Assembly (NCBI GenBank): GCA_026936335.1
Contig: JAPMXV010000016.1
Location: 1 to 64,000, forward strand
DNA from: Mantamonas sphyraenae STR306
Taxonomy: Eukaryota; Protista; CRuMs
Reading direction: 5' to 3'
DNA length: 64,000 nucleotides
This document shows, in pieces, positions 44,109-55,696 of this stretch. The notes beneath the pieces were generated by a model. The model had not been told where the DNA came from. It was given only the letters and a program-made list of their open reading frames with translations, and ran no database searches. Both the position numbers and the translations under genes were made by a program. Within the stretch, counting starts at the first letter, position 1. Each line of letters begins with the position of its first letter.

Positions 44109-47100
44109 ATGTCCAGCAGCAGCAGCTACGCAGCTGACGACCATACAGCAGAGGGTGCTCAGACCATCGTTGTTCAGGAGCTCGTCGAACGCATCCGTTT
44201 GTCGGTATGTGTCACACACGCACACCCAGAACGTTCATTTCCCCTCTTCGGCAAGAATAATCTCCCCGTGCTCACATTCCCTGCCCATGACCCGCTGGGC
44301 TCCCACCTCCCACCTCTCTCCGTAACCGTTCCCGTCCCAGCTGCCTCTCTTTCGCCTCGAGCGCCTCGACACCCTTGCTGTCGAACAGGCCCGCTTCAAC
44401 GAGGCCACCACCACACAGACCTTTGTCGACTCCTCGCGCTATATGATTGAGACATGCGCAAAGGCTCTCATCCCTCTCCTCACAGACATTACCAAGGTAT
44501 GCTCCCGACCCCCCGTCTCGCTGCCCGTCCTTCCCGCTTCCTTGCCCACACCCTGCACAACTCTCCTCCAACTTTTTGTGCTGACGACACCCTCTCGTTG
44601 CCGCCCCGCAGCTTCTCCACTCTCCCACCCTCAACCTCTTCACCGACGTCTCCCTGGCCAACAATAACGTCGAGAGCATGCAGACCAGCCAGATCCTCGT
44701 CCTCCATCTCCTCTCAGACTCCATCCAAGCTGCAACCAAGCTCGTTCGTTTCCCCTCTTCCAATCCGATCCCCAGCCACAACCCCGTCACCACACACTCC
44801 GCTCACACGCTCCTCTCCCCCATGTCCCCACGCCTGTATTTCCGTTTCCACACCCACAGCAATCCACGGAGCTGCGCAACCATCGCCTTTCCGTCCGTAT
44901 GGAGCGTCTCACTCAAAACATGGTCAGTTTTTCACCGGCCCTTTTTCACTCCAAACCCGTCCTTGGCCCCTGCCGCTCACACACACACGCCTCACACACA
45001 ACACCGCCCACAGGAGTACCTCCAGGACAACACCTTCCAAGGCCTGACCCACGTCCTCTTTGCCCTCATCACAAAGCCTCCCCAGACCGGCCTCGACACA
45101 GCCAACCTCGTCGCTGCCGCAGGCTCCGTCCTCAACGCCCTTTCCGTCTCCCTCTTTGATCCCATCCTCACAAAGATCAGCCAGATGTTTGCCGCCAAAA
45201 ACACAAAGGATGACGACCACGAGTCTCACGTCATGGCCCTCATCAACTTTCTCAACATGGACCGCACCCGCCTCTCCAAGGTCATGTCCACCCTCGCCAT
45301 GCTTGCCCCCAAGTTCAAAAAGAACGCCCAGAGCACCTTTGGCGCAGTCATTCGCGATGCCATCCTCCGCTGGATCCAGGGCAACCCCTACGACTTTGCC
45401 GCCTTCCTCGAGGACGGCCAAACCCTGAAAAACTCCCACACCAACGTCCTCTTTGACATGGTCGACAGCTGGGCTGACAACAACAAGCGCAAGAACCTCT
45501 TCTGGCCCGTGCAAACCATGCTCCTCCTCCTCTCCCCAGACATCCTCAACTCCTACAACAGCAACAGCGACAACCAGTGCACAAAGTTCATTGCCGCCCT
45601 CGTCAAGGCCGTCAACAAGACAAAGAGCCTCGAACACGTCGCCTGCGCCTGTCTCACAGACCTCATCCGCGCTGCCACCTATGTCCAGGAGAAGGACGGC
45701 TCCGTCCTCCACACCCTCGTCGCAGAGTTTACCGAGCTCCTTACCGCAAAGCTCTTCGACCCCAAGAAACTCTTTGCCAACTCGGACGGCCATTTTGACG
45801 CACAACTCCTCACCACCTTTCTCGTCGCCCAGTTCAACCTCGATCCCAGGGGCACCGTCACAAACCTGTTCCCATCCCTCCTCCGCGACGGCATGCCCTC
45901 TCACTACAAAATGGTCATTGTCCAGGCCCTCCTCAGCATCTCAGAGAGCGGCCAGATCCTCAGCTGGTACCCCAGTGTCCAGATGGCCTTCTCCATGGCC
46001 CCGCAGCTCCGCGCCCTCTTTCAGGACTTTGCCTCCAAGTACGTCTCCGAATCCTCCTCCTCCTCCTCAAAGACAAAGGAGAAGGGCAAGGCTGCAGAGG
46101 CTCGTGACGTCGACTTCCGTACCATGGCTGCCCTTCTCCAACTCTTCTACAACCAATTCCAAACCGCCCTCGTCACCTACCACGTCGACTCTTCCCAGAT
46201 CATCCAGGATGCACAGGCCGTCATTGCTGGATGCTGCAGGCTCATCCTAGGCTACGAGACGCACGACGTCAGCCGCTGGGCTCTCGCCGCCCTCCAGGAA
46301 CTCCACAAGCCCCAAAACATCGCCCAGTGGTGCCCTGGCAACAAATTTCCCGCCTTTTGGCAGGTCTCGGACGCTGTCAACGACGTCTGCGCAGACATGC
46401 TCCTCGCCACCGATCAGGATCACCACCTCAACCTCCTCATCGAGGCCGTCATCGACATCCAGCGCAGGCGGAACGAGTTTGTCGCCCTCTATGCAAACGA
46501 CGAGGAAGCTCCCTACCCTCCCTCCTCCTCCTCCTCTCGCGCAGGCGTAGGTCGCCTCGAGGTTGCCATCCTCACTCTCGTCCGTTCGGGCTCTCCTCAG
46601 CTTTGCTCAAAGGCCGCCACCCTCGCCGGCCTCCTTTGCGACGAAGTCGAGCTGTTTTCCTCCTACTCCCTTCCGTCCGGCGAGCCCATCAACACCCTCG
46701 GTGACAACATCGACAGCTACCGCAAGCTCTCCCAGACCGGCGTCCTCGTCACTGGCCGCGCTGCACAACACAAAACCATCCGCACCCTCCTCCGCCAAAT
46801 CACGAGCGAAACAGAGGGCAACATCCGCGCCTGGTACCACCTCTACGAGCTCTGGGCCCCCACCACCACAAACATCCTCGACCTCCACCATCCAGACTAC
46901 ACCGGAAAGGCATCCTCCTCCTCAAAGAAGAAGGAAACCATCCAGGAGGAGATCCAGGCCCTCGAGGTGGCAATCACAGAGCACAAGAGCGAGTGGCACA
47001 ACACCACAGGACTCCTTGCTGCCCTCGCAGGTGTCGTTGCAGACCGCTCCCGTGCTTCCACTTCCAGCCGCTCCTCCCGCGACCTCCCGCGCTCTTCCAC

Positions 47101-50100
47101 CTCCAGTGCCTCGGATGACGTCGACATCGATGCGTTTATCACCCTTCTCTTCAGTCTCATCACCTGCGACCACGTATTTATCCGCGAGGCCGTCATGGGC
47201 ATGGCCGCCACCTCCCTCTCACCCGTCGCATACCCAAACCTCTTTGCCTACCTCCAGGCGGGCGCCAAGCGCTTCTTTGGCACCTCGGGCGAACTCAACG
47301 ACACCAGCGACAACGCAGTCCTCTTTGTCGAGCAGAGCATCTCCATGATCAAGGTCATCCTGGACCAGCCCCTCGCCTCCAGCGACGACCTCGCAAGCGC
47401 AGACTTTGAGAGCCTCGTGTCCACCCTCATCCAGTTTGTCTCCCAGATGCCCGCCGCAGACGCAACCACCCTGCGCATCAAGATCAAGACCTGCGCCATG
47501 GTCGAGGTTCTCATGCACCAACGCGACAACATTGCCTTCCGCCAAGAGACCTCCTTCCGCTGCAACCTCATCGACTTTCTCATGGACTGGACCACAGGCT
47601 CACAGGACAGCACACGCAAGACCGCCGCCGGCTCCTCCGCTGGCTCCGCATCCTCCGACTCTGCAGGCTCCTCCGACTCATCATCCTCCTCTTCCTCCTC
47701 CTCCTCTGGCAGCACCGCAGACATGAACCGCGACCTCGCCCTCGCCGCCGTCAAGTCCATGCGCTCCCTCCTCCAGGACCTCACCCTGCGAGGCAACGGC
47801 GACGTAGGCGACGACGACGCAGACGGCGGCACCTCGCGCGTCTTTGGCTACTTTGCCTTTCTCACCAAACTGCTCGAACGATGCCGCAAGAAGAAGCTCG
47901 TCAAGTTGGGCGAGCTCACCATCGACGCCCTCGGCGAAACCCTGCACGCAAACGTCGACTCTGGCCTCGAGTATTTTGTCTCCATGGGCTACATCCAAGA
48001 CATGGAAACACGCGCTGCCTTCATCACCGTGCTCACAAACATCCTCAAGCAGGGCACCGAGTTTGACTCGCTCGCCAAGCTCAGCACCGAGGAAAAGTAC
48101 CAGCGCATGACAAAGGTCCTCATGAGCGCGGACGACAACCTCGCCATCGCCATGGAGCTCGGCAACACCGTGCAAATCACAGAGGCCGACGCAGTCGCCA
48201 AGCTGCTTGTCTCATTGTTCTCCGCCGAGGGCGAGGTGCTCACCCTCTTCCAGGCTGCCATCGACCGCGAGGTCGCCCTGACCCTCAGCGAAGCCACCCT
48301 CTTTCGACGCAACAGCTTTGCCAGCAAGATGCTGACGGCCTACAGCAAGCTTGCCGGACGAGACTATCTGAAAAAGATGCTCGGCGGTCTCATTGTCAGC
48401 AGCATCAGCACCCCCGTGTCCATGGAGGTCGACCCGGAGAAGCTCAACGAGACAGAAGTGCTGGCCGACAATGTGGCCAACCTTAAGGATGCCTGCCAGC
48501 GCTTCCTGGACACCATCATGGGCTCCCTCGAGTTCTGCCCTCCCATTTTCCGCCAGATCTGCCACCACCTCGCCGTGGTCGTCGGTGAAAAATATCCAGA
48601 CAGCAAGTACATCTCCATTGGAGGCTTTTTCTTTCTGCGCTTCATCTGCCCGGCCATTGTGGCTCCCGATGGCTTTGGCATTGTGGACGCAACCGAGGGC
48701 CCGGGACGCGAGGTGCGCCGCTCGTTTGTCCTGATCACCAAGGCGCTGCAGTCGCTGTCCAACGGCACCGAGTTCAAGGAGGACTACATGCAGCCCCTCG
48801 ACTCGTTCCTGAAAGCCAACCAAACCAGCATCATCGAGTTTTTCGACCGCCTCTCCTCCGTGGACGGCCTGCCCGACGCAGCGCCTCCCGAACTGCCCGA
48901 CTTTGGCGAGGAGGAGTACGAGAGCCTGCACAGGCATTTGGCGGAGAACAAGGACAAGATGGGGCGTGCCTTTTTCCAGAATCAACAAAAGGCGGAGTAC
49001 GCCAAGCTGGACACGCTGATGCAGCTGCTGGGTCCGGCACCGGAACGGCGTTCCAAGCAAAAGCACGAACAGACGCTGGTGAGCATGTCTGCTGACAACA
49101 AGGGCAAGAGCAAAAAGGGCAATCGCATGTACGAAGAGTTTATGCGCCGTTGCAAGGACCAGGACGTCAGCGCCATCAAGGAATCCGGGGTGTACATTGA
49201 AAAGGGCAAGAGTGTCAAGGGCTATCCCGTGTTCTACTACGTGGCACGCAAGGCTCACTTTGACTCGAGGCTCGACCCAGAGGCGCTGTTTGTGCACATC
49301 TTCAAGTCGACGCAGGTGGCGCTGCAGAAGCCCATCGACATTGTTTTGGACCTCACCTTTTTCGACGCACGCTGCATCCCTGACGACTCGTACCTGAACC
49401 GCCTGCGCAAGATCATCCCGCAGACGGCTGTGAAAAACATCAACGCCATCTATGTGCTGAACTGCAACAACCCGGCCAAGAAGTTTTTCAAGGCCAGTCA
49501 GAAGCACATGCCAAGCAAGATCATCAAGAAGCTGGTGTTTGTGTCGCCTGCCTCGGCCATCTTTGAGTACATCCGGGAAGCGGAGCATGGCCTGCAGAAA
49601 CAGACCCTGAACCTGGACACAGACGTCAAGACGGTGTACTCGCCGGCGTTCAAGATCACACAGTACCAGACCAAGGAGTGCACGGTGCGCGTGGGCACCA
49701 ACTACCTGCAGGTGAACGTGACCAAGGACTCGATCCTGGGCCGCAGCGCGTTTGTCAACGACGTGGTTCCGTTTGAACACCTGCTGGACATCTGGCCCAA
49801 CCCGAGCGCAGACAATGAGTTTTTCATCAAGTTTAACGAGTGGTCGGGCACGCGCGTGATGCAACTGCGCAGCAGGGACATGGAACAGATCCTGCGCGTC
49901 GTGGACACCGCACGCACACGCGTGCAACAGCAGCTCCAGCAGGGCTCGCTGTCCAAGAACGTGCGCTCATTCCGCCCCGAGGACGTGCCGGGCACCTTGC
50001 TCAACATGGCGCTGCTCAATCTGGCGGCAACCGAAGACACGCTGCGCAACTCGGCGTACAACCTGTTGACCGCCCTGTGCCAGCACTTTGACTTCCAGCT

Positions 50101-52393
50101 CCAGCTCCAGCTGCTCGAGGCGCAGGGGTTGTGCCTGCCTCGCAACGCCACACACCTTGTGACCTCCATTTCCAGCAAGCTGGCGCAGGTGGAGCAGCAC
50201 CTGACGCTCGAGTTGCTTCGCGAATGCTTGCAAAATTTTGGCGGCGCCTCGCTGTCGATCAAGCACAACTGCCTGTCGTACATGCGGCCGTGGATCCCTA
50301 ACCTCAACCAGTTTGTGGAGATGAAGAGCGACGAGGAGCGGTTGGGCGACGACAGTGTGAACGACGATGAGAGCGGCAGCGGGAAAGGTAGCAGTAGCAG
50401 CAGTAGCAGCGCGTCCGACGCCAAGAAGAAGCAACGCATGAGCGTTGCATCGGGTGCTGCCGTCGACTCGGACAAGTACGAACAGGTCGAGGCGCTGATT
50501 GCCTCGATGGTGGAGATGACGGAGCGGGAAAAGCAGATCTACCCAGCTGTGCTGGACAAGATTTGGAGCAGCGTGGGAGCCGAGGGGCCACTGTGCCGCG
50601 CAGCGATGGGCAAATTGATCAAGATGGCCATCAAGTCGGGCGTGGGGTCCAACCTGTGCGAGGTCATCACCGAGATCACGGTGTCGCTGGCGGTGCAGAA
50701 CTCGCAGCTTGTCAGCGGATGCATCATTGAGCACGCCATCGAGGCACTGGAGGGCACGAGCCTGCGAGCGGCAGTGACGCTGGCACGGCACAAGAACTGG
50801 CCGCAGTTGGAGGTGCTGTCACGCTTCATGCTCATGCTCTCGTTCGAAAACCTGATTTACCTGCAGGACTTTCTGCCCGAAATCTTCCATCTGATCATCA
50901 TGTGCTTTGCCACGGGCACGTCTCTGATCCGTGCGCAGCTGTACTCCATGTTGATTAACATCATCCACTCGCTGTGCACCATTGTCTCGCTGGACGACCG
51001 CCAACAATCGATTCTCCGCAACATCCTGGACGAAGTCACAACGCAAAAGTTCCAAGTGCTCTTCCTGGGCTCGGGTCTGAAGCACACGTCACCGTTTATG
51101 GACGCGTCGCAGGTGAAGGAGATGAAAGGCGTCAACACCGCGCACTCGACGGTGGTGGCTTTGTCCGAGACACTGGCTCAGGTGATTCGCTGCTGCTGGT
51201 CGGACAAGAACAACTTTGCAGCCCGCTGGCAAGCCAAGTGGGTGTCGCTGACCTACAAGGCGGCTTTTACGCCGAATGTGGCTGTGCAGCCGCGTGCTGT
51301 GGTTGCTTTGGGAGTGATTGCGCAGTATCCTGTGTCGGACGAGCTCTGTGGCAGCCTGTTGCGCATGATCAGCGACCTGCTTGTGGACGGCATGTCACGA
51401 TTGGTCAACTACAAGCTGCTTGTGGCGTGCATCATGTCGCTGACGCACATGGTGCCGCAGCTGCCTGTCGACTCGCAGGTGCTGCGAAAGGTGTTTTGGG
51501 TTGCCGTGAGCTTGATCCAGTTGTGTGATGAGCAACTGTACCTGCATGCAGTCGAGCTTCTGCACGCACTCGTTTCCACGCTCGACGGCTATCAGGCGTT
51601 CAAGTCACACTCGATGGAGTCGTTTTTCATGTGGTCTCGCTCGCAGGGCCTGAGTGGCGCCATCAAGAAGATGGAGCAGGTGAGCGGTCTCAGCTTCAAG
51701 GTGAGCTTCTCGTTTGCGATGGCGGGCTCACTGATGAAGGGCATCCGGGACGCCAAGACCAAGCGAAGCACCATGAGCCTGCTGAACACCTTGCTGGACG
51801 TGGTGACGCGCGAGGGCGTCAAGTCGGATGCCCTTGGCTACTTGACGGCGCTTGCGCCTGCCTGCTCGCAAGCAGAGCTCACGCGCCTGCGCCAACAGGT
51901 GGCGACAGACACAGAAGGCGAAGAGAGCGGACCAAACCAGTTCCTCTTCAGCCGCAAGCTGATGAAGACGGACGCCCACGCGCTGCTGGTGCTCACGGGG
52001 TTGCTTTCTGCTCTTTCGCAGAGCGAGTACGATAGCGAACTGACCACTGTGTACAGTCTGATGAGCGACGGCGCAGAGAGTGTGCCGACTGTGTTTGGCC
52101 TGCTGCTGGACGGCGTCGCCGAAAAGCTGGCCAACAGCGTGTCGGGAACACGCAACGAAGAGCTGCTGGAAGTGTCGTTGATCCTCACCAAGACCATCCT
52201 CTCGATCAACGTGAAGAACCAGCCCGACGAGAGCTACGAAAACTTTTTGGAGCAGCTGAGTTTCCAGGGTCTGCCGTCGGGTGGAGGCACCTTTGGCAGC
52301 TTGAGCCAAGACGAACGTTTGGTGTTGGTCACAGCAGTTACGAGTATGGTGGATGCGATTGCTGGTGTGCCTGAGGAAGCCGAGGCAAAGTGA
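44109..52393 (+). CDS. NF1: Neurofibromin (RasGAP + Sec14-PH + HEAT-like), ~2,608 aa; join(44109..44204,44341..44496,44612..44743,44860..44922,45014..52393)
   Basis: Arginine finger TLFRRNSFASK, FFFLRFICPAIV.P, Sec14-like G.PVFYYVAR, NF1 signature RPEDVPGTLLNMALLNL, C-terminal SF..SFSFA. The 5' small exons are less certain. Confidence 0.93.
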
Positions 52394-52422
52394 TTTCTGA
52401 AGGCCCAAAAAACACCCTTGTT

Positions 52423-54105
52423 TCAATCATTATTAACACCGTTTTCTGTGCGACGCCCCATGTGCGTGAGAATATGCCGGGTAACCAGCGTGGCACACAC
52501 GTCCCAGTATGCCGGCTGCTTCTTGACAAACGACCAGCCGTTGACGTCGCAAACCAGCGAGCGCCCCTCGTTGGTGCGCAAAACGTCAAATCCGCACACA
52601 AACTGGCCAAAAATGCTGTACAGGGCTGGGAGTAGTTTGTGCTCGGCTTCGTGCACGTCCACCTGCGTGCGCTTCTCCTTGCCGTTTTCGTCACGCTGTA
52701 CGACGCCGTCCACCGCAGGCGACTTTCGCGCCTCGGCAAATGCATAATGCGGGCCCACTGCGTACATCTTGACGTCCTGTGAGTTCTGTGTGTCGTAGAA
52801 GCGTTCGTAGATGTAGGGTCCATCTGTGCGCACACCCATGGGTTTGCCATCGTTGAGCATGGCGCTGGAACGGTCCTTGGTCTTGCGAAACAGCTCACGG
52901 CAGCCACCACCCTGCGAGGCAGGATAGTAAATGCGGATCTGGTGGTCCTCTGCGTCGATTGGTTTCTCTACAAAGGGTCTGTAGAGGCGCTTGCCGTCGT
53001 ATTCGATGTAGTCGTCGTGCTGCACGAGCATGTCTGGCTCATACGCCACCAGATGCTCGGGCACGGGGATGTTCATGCGCTGCAGCATGCTGTAGACAAA
53101 CGGTCGGTCCCACAGCCACTGTTGCCTTTCGAGATCGTTCAGGCACAGCATGCCCTGCTCCGCGTACAGGCGGTAGTATGCCATTGCCTTTTCCAGGGGA
53201 AAGCCCGAGCTGAAGAAGCTGATGAGCACATGGCACACGGGCCAGTCTTCCACCTCGCTGTCCAGAATGGTCGCCTCGTCAAAGACGACCACGTCAAAGT
53301 GGCCTGTCGCCTCCAACCTGTGCAGAATCTCTCGCATTGCCTCTGACTTTGCCTTTTTGGCCATGACGGCCACACCGATCACAATGGGCTCGCCAGGAAC
53401 CACATTGTTCCACTGATCGGCGACATCATCGGCGTTGCTGCTGCTGTTGCTGCTGCTGCCGCCGCTGCTGCTCGAGGACGAGGCTGCTGCTTCTTGGTGC
53501 ACATTGTGCACGACTGTGTCCACCACAGAGTCCAGCGCTTCGTGTTCCGCAATCACAGACGCATGTTTGGATGAACGCGTGTCTGCTGCTTCTTCGTCCT
53601 TGCCGCTCTGTGCCGCGTGCAGATTCGCAAGCGTCACCTGCGCGTTGTGCGCCGCTGTGTCCCCGCCTGCGTACGCCTGCATCTTTGCCTCCATGGAATT
53701 TGCATGCTCTTTGTCCTCCATCCGTTTGTGCAACTCCTGTTGCAGCCGCGCAGGCTCATCCAGGTCCCGTTCCACCTGTGGGCGGAGCGGTTGTGCGCGT
53801 CGCTCGGCGTGTCGCTCCAGAGCGTCGCGCATGTCCTGCGACGCGTCCAGGGACATGTCCAACTCGCGTGCCACGTTGCGTTGCCCCTTGTTTGTCATGC
53901 GATGGCGTGACGGCGACGCACGGCGACTGCCTGCTGTGCTGGCCGGCGTGGAGTGGGCGCGCACGGGGCCGGCGAGGTCGTCGTCCTCTGCGCTGGCGTC
54001 GTCGGCGCTACTGCGACGGTAATACCACCAGGCAGCGCCGACAGCAACGGCTGTGGCGGCAGCAGCCGTGAGGACATGGGACCAGTTTGTGGCCGGGCGC
54101 GACAT
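52423..54105 (-). CDS. VIP1: PPIP5K/Vip1-type inositol pyrophosphate kinase, ATP-grasp kinase domain only, with N-terminal TM anchor (~560 aa)
   Basis: IGVAVMAKK, WPVCHVLISFFSSGFPLEKA, PFVEKP..AEDH..IYYP..GGG..LFRK, DVKMY.VG, EARKSP.VDG.V.RD.NGKE, CGFDVLR, CDVNGWSFVK. Start MSRPATNWSHVLTAAAATAVAVGAAWWYYRR. Confidence 0.88.
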   Translation of the reverse strand: MSRPATNWSHVLTAAAATAVAVGAAWWYYRRSSADDASAEDDDLAGPVRAHSTPASTAGSRRASPSRHRMTNKGQRNVARELDMSLDASQDMRDALERHAERRAQPLRPQVERDLDEPARLQQELHKRMEDKEHANSMEAKMQAYAGGDTAAHNAQVTLANLHAAQSGKDEEAADTRSSKHASVIAEHEALDSVVDTVVHNVHQEAAASSSSSSGGSSSNSSSNADDVADQWNNVVPGEPIVIGVAVMAKKAKSEAMREILHRLEATGHFDVVVFDEATILDSEVEDWPVCHVLISFFSSGFPLEKAMAYYRLYAEQGMLCLNDLERQQWLWDRPFVYSMLQRMNIPVPEHLVAYEPDMLVQHDDYIEYDGKRLYRPFVEKPIDAEDHQIRIYYPASQGGGCRELFRKTKDRSSAMLNDGKPMGVRTDGPYIYERFYDTQNSQDVKMYAVGPHYAFAEARKSPAVDGVVQRDENGKEKRTQVDVHEAEHKLLPALYSIFGQFVCGFDVLRTNEGRSLVCDVNGWSFVKKQPAYWDVCATLVTRHILTHMGRRTENGVNND

Positions 54106-54136
54106 GGATGCCAACACAAAGAAAGAGTTGGGGCTG

Positions 54137-55629
54137 ATGTCGCGGTTTGGACGCAGCGGCACGAGCAGCAGCAGCAGCCGGTTTGGACGCAAGAAGGATG
54201 AGGACAAGGAGGCAGACAAAGAGGACAAAGAAGACAAGCCGACGTCGCGTGGACGATCGTTTGGCAGCCGCAAGAGCAAGGATGAAGGCGGTGACGACGA
54301 CGGCAAGAAGAGCGGAAGCAGCAGGTTGGGCAGCAGCAGCCGAAGCACAGGCAGCAGCAGCAGCGGACGCAAGTTTGGGGCACGCAAGGACAAGGACAAG
54401 GACGACGAGGGTGACAAAGACAAAGACAAAGACAAAGACAAAGACAGCAAGGATGAGAAGGAGGCAGACAAGGACGGGGACAAGGAAAAGAAGAGCAGCA
54501 GCAGCAGCGGCAGCCGTCTGGGATCACGCAAGTTTGGCGCTCGCAAAGACAAGGACGGAGAAAAGGACAAGGACGGGGACAAGGACAAGGACGAAGGCAA
54601 AGACAAGGACAAGGACAAGGACGAAGGCAAGGACAAGAAAAAGTCCTGGTCGTCGTCTGGCAGCAGCTCGAGCAAGAGCAAGATCGGATCTTCGTCCCGA
54701 ACAGGCAGCACACGCAACACTGAGGACGACAAGAAGCGCAAAGAGCACGGTAAGTGGTTTTTGGTTGGGTGGGTGCGTGCGTGTGTGTGTGCGTGTGTGT
54801 GTGTGTGTGCGTTGTACACGACCACATGGACGCCCGCAGGGGTTCGGCACAGCGGTGCATGTTTTTGGCGCCATGGCCAAGGCGAGCAGCAGGCCAGAGC
54901 ACGAAGCAGGATGGCCGAATCGAGTGCCTGGCGCAGTGGCTGTCTGCGCTTGCATACCTGCGGGAGGAACCGCGTGTGGTTGTGTCCGGCGGCGGTGTGT
55001 ATTTGATGCCCTGTGGCTGTGTGTGGTGGGTGAGACACTGACCCGGACTGGCCGCCGCAGAAATCCCCCGCGCTTTCAAGTCCAAGACGTTGGAACACGT
55101 CATGAATGAATATAACAAGGAGCTGGAGTCGATGTTGATCAGCTATGGACAGCAGGCATCGACGGCAGGACGATGGGAGATGTCGCTGCTGGAAAACGAC
55201 AACAAAGTGATCGAGCTGTGCAGCAAGCTGGAACAGGTGCAGGGTTTGCAGGAAGACCTGGACCGCACTCTGGTGGACATTGTGTCGTCGCAGGAGGAGC
55301 TGAACAAGTCGTTGGATGAGCTGGGCCGTGACGTCAACGAGCTGTTTGAGGAACACAAGCGCTCCGCCAAACCGGCCGACCAGGAGCGAGCCGAGACGTA
55401 TGCAACGGCAGAGAGCATCAACCGAGAGCTGATGGAAATGAGCAACGACCTCAACGAGATGATCGCCCAGATGAACCAGGGTCAGGACGAAAACGCAGAG
55501 AACCCCATCAACCAGATCAACCAGGTGCTCAACGCACACCTGGACACGTTGCAGTGGATCGAGCAGACCAGCAACCAGCTCGAGGTGCAGCTCGAGGATC
55601 TCAGCGAGGTTGCCAAGCACGCAAAATGA
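54137..55629 (+). CDS. NUP62: Nup62/Nsp1-like nucleoporin (~393 aa) with K/D-rich N-terminus carrying 5 FG motifs; join(54137..54749,55061..55629); alternative start 54104
   Basis: C-terminal Nsp1_C-like coiled coil: KTLE.(V)MN.Y..EL, W...L.EN..K, ADQERA.TY..AE, P..QI..VLNAHLD.LQWIE. GTAAGT donor at 54750 and ACTGAC..CAG acceptor at 55060 are in phase. Confidence 0.8.
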
Positions 55630-55696
55630 GAACACACAGTTTCAATGTTCTTTCTCAAACACACCTCGACACACACGCACACAGTGGGTTCGTTGA

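Noticed and set aside
40692-44325. Long plus-strand ORFs 40692..43190 and 43012..44325
   Set aside because: Stop-poor read-through of C-rich introns, alternative frames and antisense. The region is explained by the TRAF7-like, alpha-SNAP and G-gamma genes.
54770-54812. (GT)n/(CA)n and other short tandem repeats (also ~24011-24050, ~39250-39280, ~63440-63480)
   Set aside because: Ordinary intronic microsatellites or short coding slippage repeats with no further structure.
54106-55635. 1,070-aa minus-strand ORF extending PPIP5K upstream
   Set aside because: The extension is the antisense shadow (L/S-rich) of the Nup62-like gene and its intron.
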